The position numbers and the translations under genes are program-made. Below, piece by piece: positions 60,453 through 64,000 of a DNA stretch of 64,000 nucleotides. The notes below the pieces were generated by a model. The model searched no databases, was not told the origin of the DNA, and saw only the letters and a program-made list of their open reading frames with translations. Position 1 is the first letter of the stretch, and the number at the start of each line of letters is the position of its first letter. Source of the DNA: a virus; IMG/VR virus record IMGVR_UViG_3300030119_000552, positions 11,803 to 75,802 of that record, one strand, 5' to 3'.

Positions 60453-60875
60453 ATGGATTCTGACCCTGAAATATTCGAAGGAAAAACTTTTTCGTCACTT
60501 GCCCGAGACATATATAGTAATTCTTCGCACAAGAGAGAACAAATAAATCAAATCATCAAAGATTTACACACGATGGTTAAGGATGTTGGTTCCGCCACTG
60601 TCGTTGCTCCTATGATAAAAGACTACCTTGATGTTGGAGTTAAAAATGACGATCAACTTATTAAATTATCAGCAGTATTACAACGAGTCATCAACTCAGG
60701 ATCATCAGAGTCGGATTTTTCAACAGGTGGGTTATCGGATGCAGAAAAAGAAGACCTACTAAATAGTGTAAGGGACGAGTTGTCAGAAACGGTCGAACAA
60801 GAAAAGAAAATAACAAAAGAACTCGATTCCCTCAAAGAACAAACAGACGAGGTAGAGAGTTCCGATGGCGTATAG
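60453..60875 (+). CDS. hypothetical helical protein
   Basis: PMIKDYLDVGVKNDDQLIKL; ATATTTAT 5 nt upstream. Confidence 0.65.
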   Translation: MDSDPEIFEGKTFSSLARDIYSNSSHKREQINQIIKDLHTMVKDVGSATVVAPMIKDYLDVGVKNDDQLIKLSAVLQRVINSGSSESDFSTGGLSDAEKEDLLNSVRDELSETVEQEKKITKELDSLKEQTDEVESSDGV

Positions 60876-63800
60876 TACATACACTAAAAAAGATGTAACA
60901 AGGGAGATATCAACCAATGCGGTTGCCACGTTACGAAGTTTAAAATTAGAAACACCAGACACAGTTCAGTTTTATGAACTAGAACCTGCGGTGGTGTTTG
61001 ATGTAATTCAAGACGAAAATCACCCAATCTTCAAGGACGGCGGTCAACAACCAAAAGTAGTTGAAACTGAATGGCCAATTGGATACAATAATCCCGAAAA
61101 ACCAGACTATTCATATATAGGACGAATAAAAGCACGTGCAGTTAATAGCCAACTGCAAACTCCGTGGAGTGAAATTGATTGGTTAACACCCATTGATAGT
61201 ACAATTAAAGAGTGGCCATTGATAAACGAAATGGTTGTCGTAGTAAAATACTTAGATGGATGGTATTACCATAGAAAAATTAACACAAGAAACTTCATGA
61301 ATAACTCTGGTGACTATAGATGGGAACGTAGATATGGTCAATCGGGTCCTATCACAAAAACAAAAACACCTGCACTAAAGGGTGCGAGAAATGCGTCTAA
61401 TATAAATCAAGAATGTAATTCAATACCATCGTTCTTGGGAAGGTATTTTAAAGCAAACACAGAAGTACGTCCACTCAGACACTATGAAGGTGACACAATA
61501 ATCGAGAGTAGATTTGGTTCAAGTGTTAGATTTGGTTGTTATGAAGATAATCCTACATTTGATATAGGAACATCTGAAGGAGACGGTAAAGATTATTCCG
61601 ATAATTTGGGAAATCCTATGATTCTGATAAGAAATCGTCAACGACCACTTAAACCACCAACGGATGACGATGTCAGCAACGAAAGAATTTTACAACATAC
61701 AATATTAGAAGACATCAACAATGATGGTTCTTCAATTCAAATTACATCAGGAAAAACAATTTCAAAATTTAAGCATACACTCGGTGGGTCTAGTGGTTCG
61801 TCAGGTTCTAGTTCACCACCAAAAAAGAAAGGTGGATTGGCAGGATTGTCTAATTTATCAAAATCAGAGGTAGGAACAGGCGAAATTAAGAGCATATCAG
61901 AACCTAGACTTAATACGACACGAACGAAGGGCAGTGCGACTGACAAAGCAGGAAAAACATACGCAGAAACCGCATATGCACCACAGGTAGCAGCTGCAAA
62001 CGCAGCTTCAAACTCGGATTTAGGGGGTGCAATGACCGCAAATCTAAGTGCAGCGGTTGGCCCTGAAAACGGAAAGGCGGTGGGTAAAAGGTTTGATGGA
62101 ATGTCCACAACAACCGCAGCTAAGTTCATAGACACAGGCGCACCCTCACAGGCACTTACAAGTGGTGCATCGGGAAGTGCCGGAATATCTGCTTCGGTGG
62201 GATCATCTGGTGCAAGTTCTCAATTCATGTCTTCGGTCGGCCGGGGTGAGTTCACATTAAATCCAACATTTGAGACTGGTATCATAAGTTCAATAAAATC
62301 AGGAACCTCGGCCGGAAAAAGTTCATTACTATCATCAAAGTCTGGTCCTGGAATATCTGCGGCCAATGCACTCGGAATTGACATACCCGGTGCAGCTGCT
62401 ATGGGAATGACACCAAACGATAGTCCTATGTTTAAAATTTTTAAATTAGCATCGTTTGGAATTCAATCAATATGTGCAGGTTTAAAAGGAAAAACTCACG
62501 GATCACGCACCGAAAACGAACTTGGTTGGTTGTTATCACTTTCAATAAACTTAGAACTACTTGCAATCCTTGCGGCTATATTTGCAAGACTTCGCAATCT
62601 TAAATTCAACTTTGGTCTTCTTGCGGGTTTTGACTTGAATAACCTATTGTTTGATTTATGTGATTGGGTAAACCAGATTGAGTATGGTTCAAGTCTTGCC
62701 GACACATTTAAAAGTGAAGCAACAAAAATGCTTAATCCAAAAGAGTTAACCTTGTTCGCAGGAAACAAATTAACTCAAGATGGAAACTATGATACTTACG
62801 CAAGAGGAAATCCTGACTTTGATATGCAGTACAAATCATTGATAGGAGACGGTTCTGCCTTGAAAGCAGCTGCTGGTTCGTTCGGACAAACATCCTTATC
62901 ATTAAATAAAGGTTCATCACAAGTAGCAACTATGTCATTTGACCCAATATCTGGTTTATATAGAGAGACACCAACAATGACATCGGTTTCAGCATCGGCA
63001 AGTTTAGAAACAACAATGAATCCTAATATGGGTGCGATTTCATATGACACAAATCCCGAATCGGGCATTCAATTTTCAGGAAACGCAACTTTATCAACCG
63101 GTACAACTAATACAACCACAACAACATCTAATGCAGGTGATTCTGAAATAGCTACAACATCACCAACACCAACTGCAAGTCCAACACCAACTACAAGTCC
63201 AACACCAACTGCAAGTCCAACCCAACCTGCAAGTACAACCTCAACTCCATCTACCGAAACAGAACCTGAAACTGTTACTCCGACTCCGACTCCACCTGCT
63301 ACTCCTTCTTCGTCTCAAGTGAAAACATCACAAGGAGAAGTTCCACAAAATCCAGACAAAGTTAAGAATTTCCACAATGGAGAGGAAATATCACGTGAAG
63401 ATTTAAAGGGTACGCACCTTGAAAATGCAGACATGAATGCGGTGTCACTACTTCATCCAGAAGACTTAGAATCCTTAAAAGACACAAAGCAAGTTAACAA
63501 AGATTTGGAAAAAGCAAAAAAAGCAAAAAATAACTCATTTAATAAAACAATGGATTCGGTGGAAAAGAAAGTGAAAGAAGAATCATCAGCAGCGACAGTC
63601 ATGTTTGGAAAGCAACTACCTCAGTTAGATGGAAACCAAATAGTAATTAATTCTGAACGAATTATTGTTTCCGCAAAAACAAAAGAGATGGTGCATTATG
63701 CAAAAGGAAAATATGGAGTGGCAACAGACGATGAAATAACAATGAATTGTATTGATAGGTTTGTAACAGAAACAAAAACACATACTTCGGTTATTTCACC

Positions 63801-64000
63801 TACAATTCACCTCGGAGCATATATAACAAGAAGACATCCTGTTTTAAAAGGAGATGTAACAACTGCTTGGTTGGGAAGCTTGTGCGGTTGGTTGAGTAGT
63901 CATGTGCATCATGACCCATATATTACCACTTCTGCTCCGGCTCAACAAGGAAGTTTAGCAGGTTTAAGGGCAAGATTGCCAACATTATTAAGTACCAGAG
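60865..64000 (+). CDS. Baseplate central spike, gp5/VgrG-like (3'-truncated; not in ORF track)
   Basis: ATG 60865 and no stop seen to the window end. YIGRIK, PLINEMV, EGDTIIESRFGSSVRFG, QIVINSERII, IHLG, PVLKGD, C-terminal HVH. Confidence 0.75.
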   Translation, partial: MAYSTYTKKDVTREISTNAVATLRSLKLETPDTVQFYELEPAVVFDVIQDENHPIFKDGGQQPKVVETEWPIGYNNPEKPDYSYIGRIKARAVNSQLQTPWSEIDWLTPIDSTIKEWPLINEMVVVVKYLDGWYYHRKINTRNFMNNSGDYRWERRYGQSGPITKTKTPALKGARNASNINQECNSIPSFLGRYFKANTEVRPLRHYEGDTIIESRFGSSVRFGCYEDNPTFDIGTSEGDGKDYSDNLGNPMILIRNRQRPLKPPTDDDVSNERILQHTILEDINNDGSSIQITSGKTISKFKHTLGGSSGSSGSSSPPKKKGGLAGLSNLSKSEVGTGEIKSISEPRLNTTRTKGSATDKAGKTYAETAYAPQVAAANAASNSDLGGAMTANLSAAVGPENGKAVGKRFDGMSTTTAAKFIDTGAPSQALTSGASGSAGISASVGSSGASSQFMSSVGRGEFTLNPTFETGIISSIKSGTSAGKSSLLSSKSGPGISAANALGIDIPGAAAMGMTPNDSPMFKIFKLASFGIQSICAGLKGKTHGSRTENELGWLLSLSINLELLAILAAIFARLRNLKFNFGLLAGFDLNNLLFDLCDWVNQIEYGSSLADTFKSEATKMLNPKELTLFAGNKLTQDGNYDTYARGNPDFDMQYKSLIGDGSALKAAAGSFGQTSLSLNKGSSQVATMSFDPISGLYRETPTMTSVSASASLETTMNPNMGAISYDTNPESGIQFSGNATLSTGTTNTTTTTSNAGDSEIATTSPTPTASPTPTTSPTPTASPTQPASTTSTPSTETEPETVTPTPTPPATPSSSQVKTSQGEVPQNPDKVKNFHNGEEISREDLKGTHLENADMNAVSLLHPEDLESLKDTKQVNKDLEKAKKAKNNSFNKTMDSVEKKVKEESSAATVMFGKQLPQLDGNQIVINSERIIVSAKTKEMVHYAKGKYGVATDDEITMNCIDRFVTETKTHTSVISPTIHLGAYITRRHPVLKGDVTTAWLGSLCGWLSSHVHHDPYITTSAPAQQGSLAGLRARLPTLLSTR
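63163..63234 (+). repeat. 4 x 18-bp tandem repeat (PTPTAS-like)
   Basis: CCAACACCAACTGCAAGT units inside the spike gene. Confidence 0.85.

Noticed and set aside
61737-63068. Minus-strand ORFs near the right end
   Set aside because: Antisense to the long + strand spike ORF starting at 60865.

Overview
This window is a 64-kb, AT-rich, gene-dense segment of a large tailed dsDNA phage with T4-like core genes. Replication and transcription genes: family-B DNA polymerase, sliding clamp, RFC-like clamp loader, dUTPase and a gp55-like late sigma factor. Other core genes: PhoH, Hsp20, six CCA-encoding tRNAs and a gp5-like baseplate spike that runs off the right edge. Accessory content includes six amino-type DNA methyltransferase (MTase) genes, a nucleotide-sugar/glycosyltransferase toolkit, an M29 aminopeptidase, a SET-domain protein and an esterase-GDPD fusion. 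Two promoter classes are readable in the DNA, both usually within 4-8 nt of start codons: sigma70-type TTGACN-17-TANNNT (putative early) and an ATATTTAT motif (putative late). The best candidate for an undescribed system is 26.9-37.3 kb. There, a putative late trio of PD-(D/E)XK-like nucleases, with shared leader peptides and candidate Glu cleavage sites (possibly virion-packaged), converges on a putative early five-gene operon: GNAT-like/2OG-hydroxylase fusion, Cys-His-Asp protein, PLP enzyme and two paralogous MTases. This would be a temporally split modify-self, inject-nuclease system, possibly with base hypermodification. A -1 frameshift at an A10 run joins a membrane protein to an otherwise start-less (Pro-Thr)~60 extension. 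All calls come from motif recognition by eye; no database search was run.
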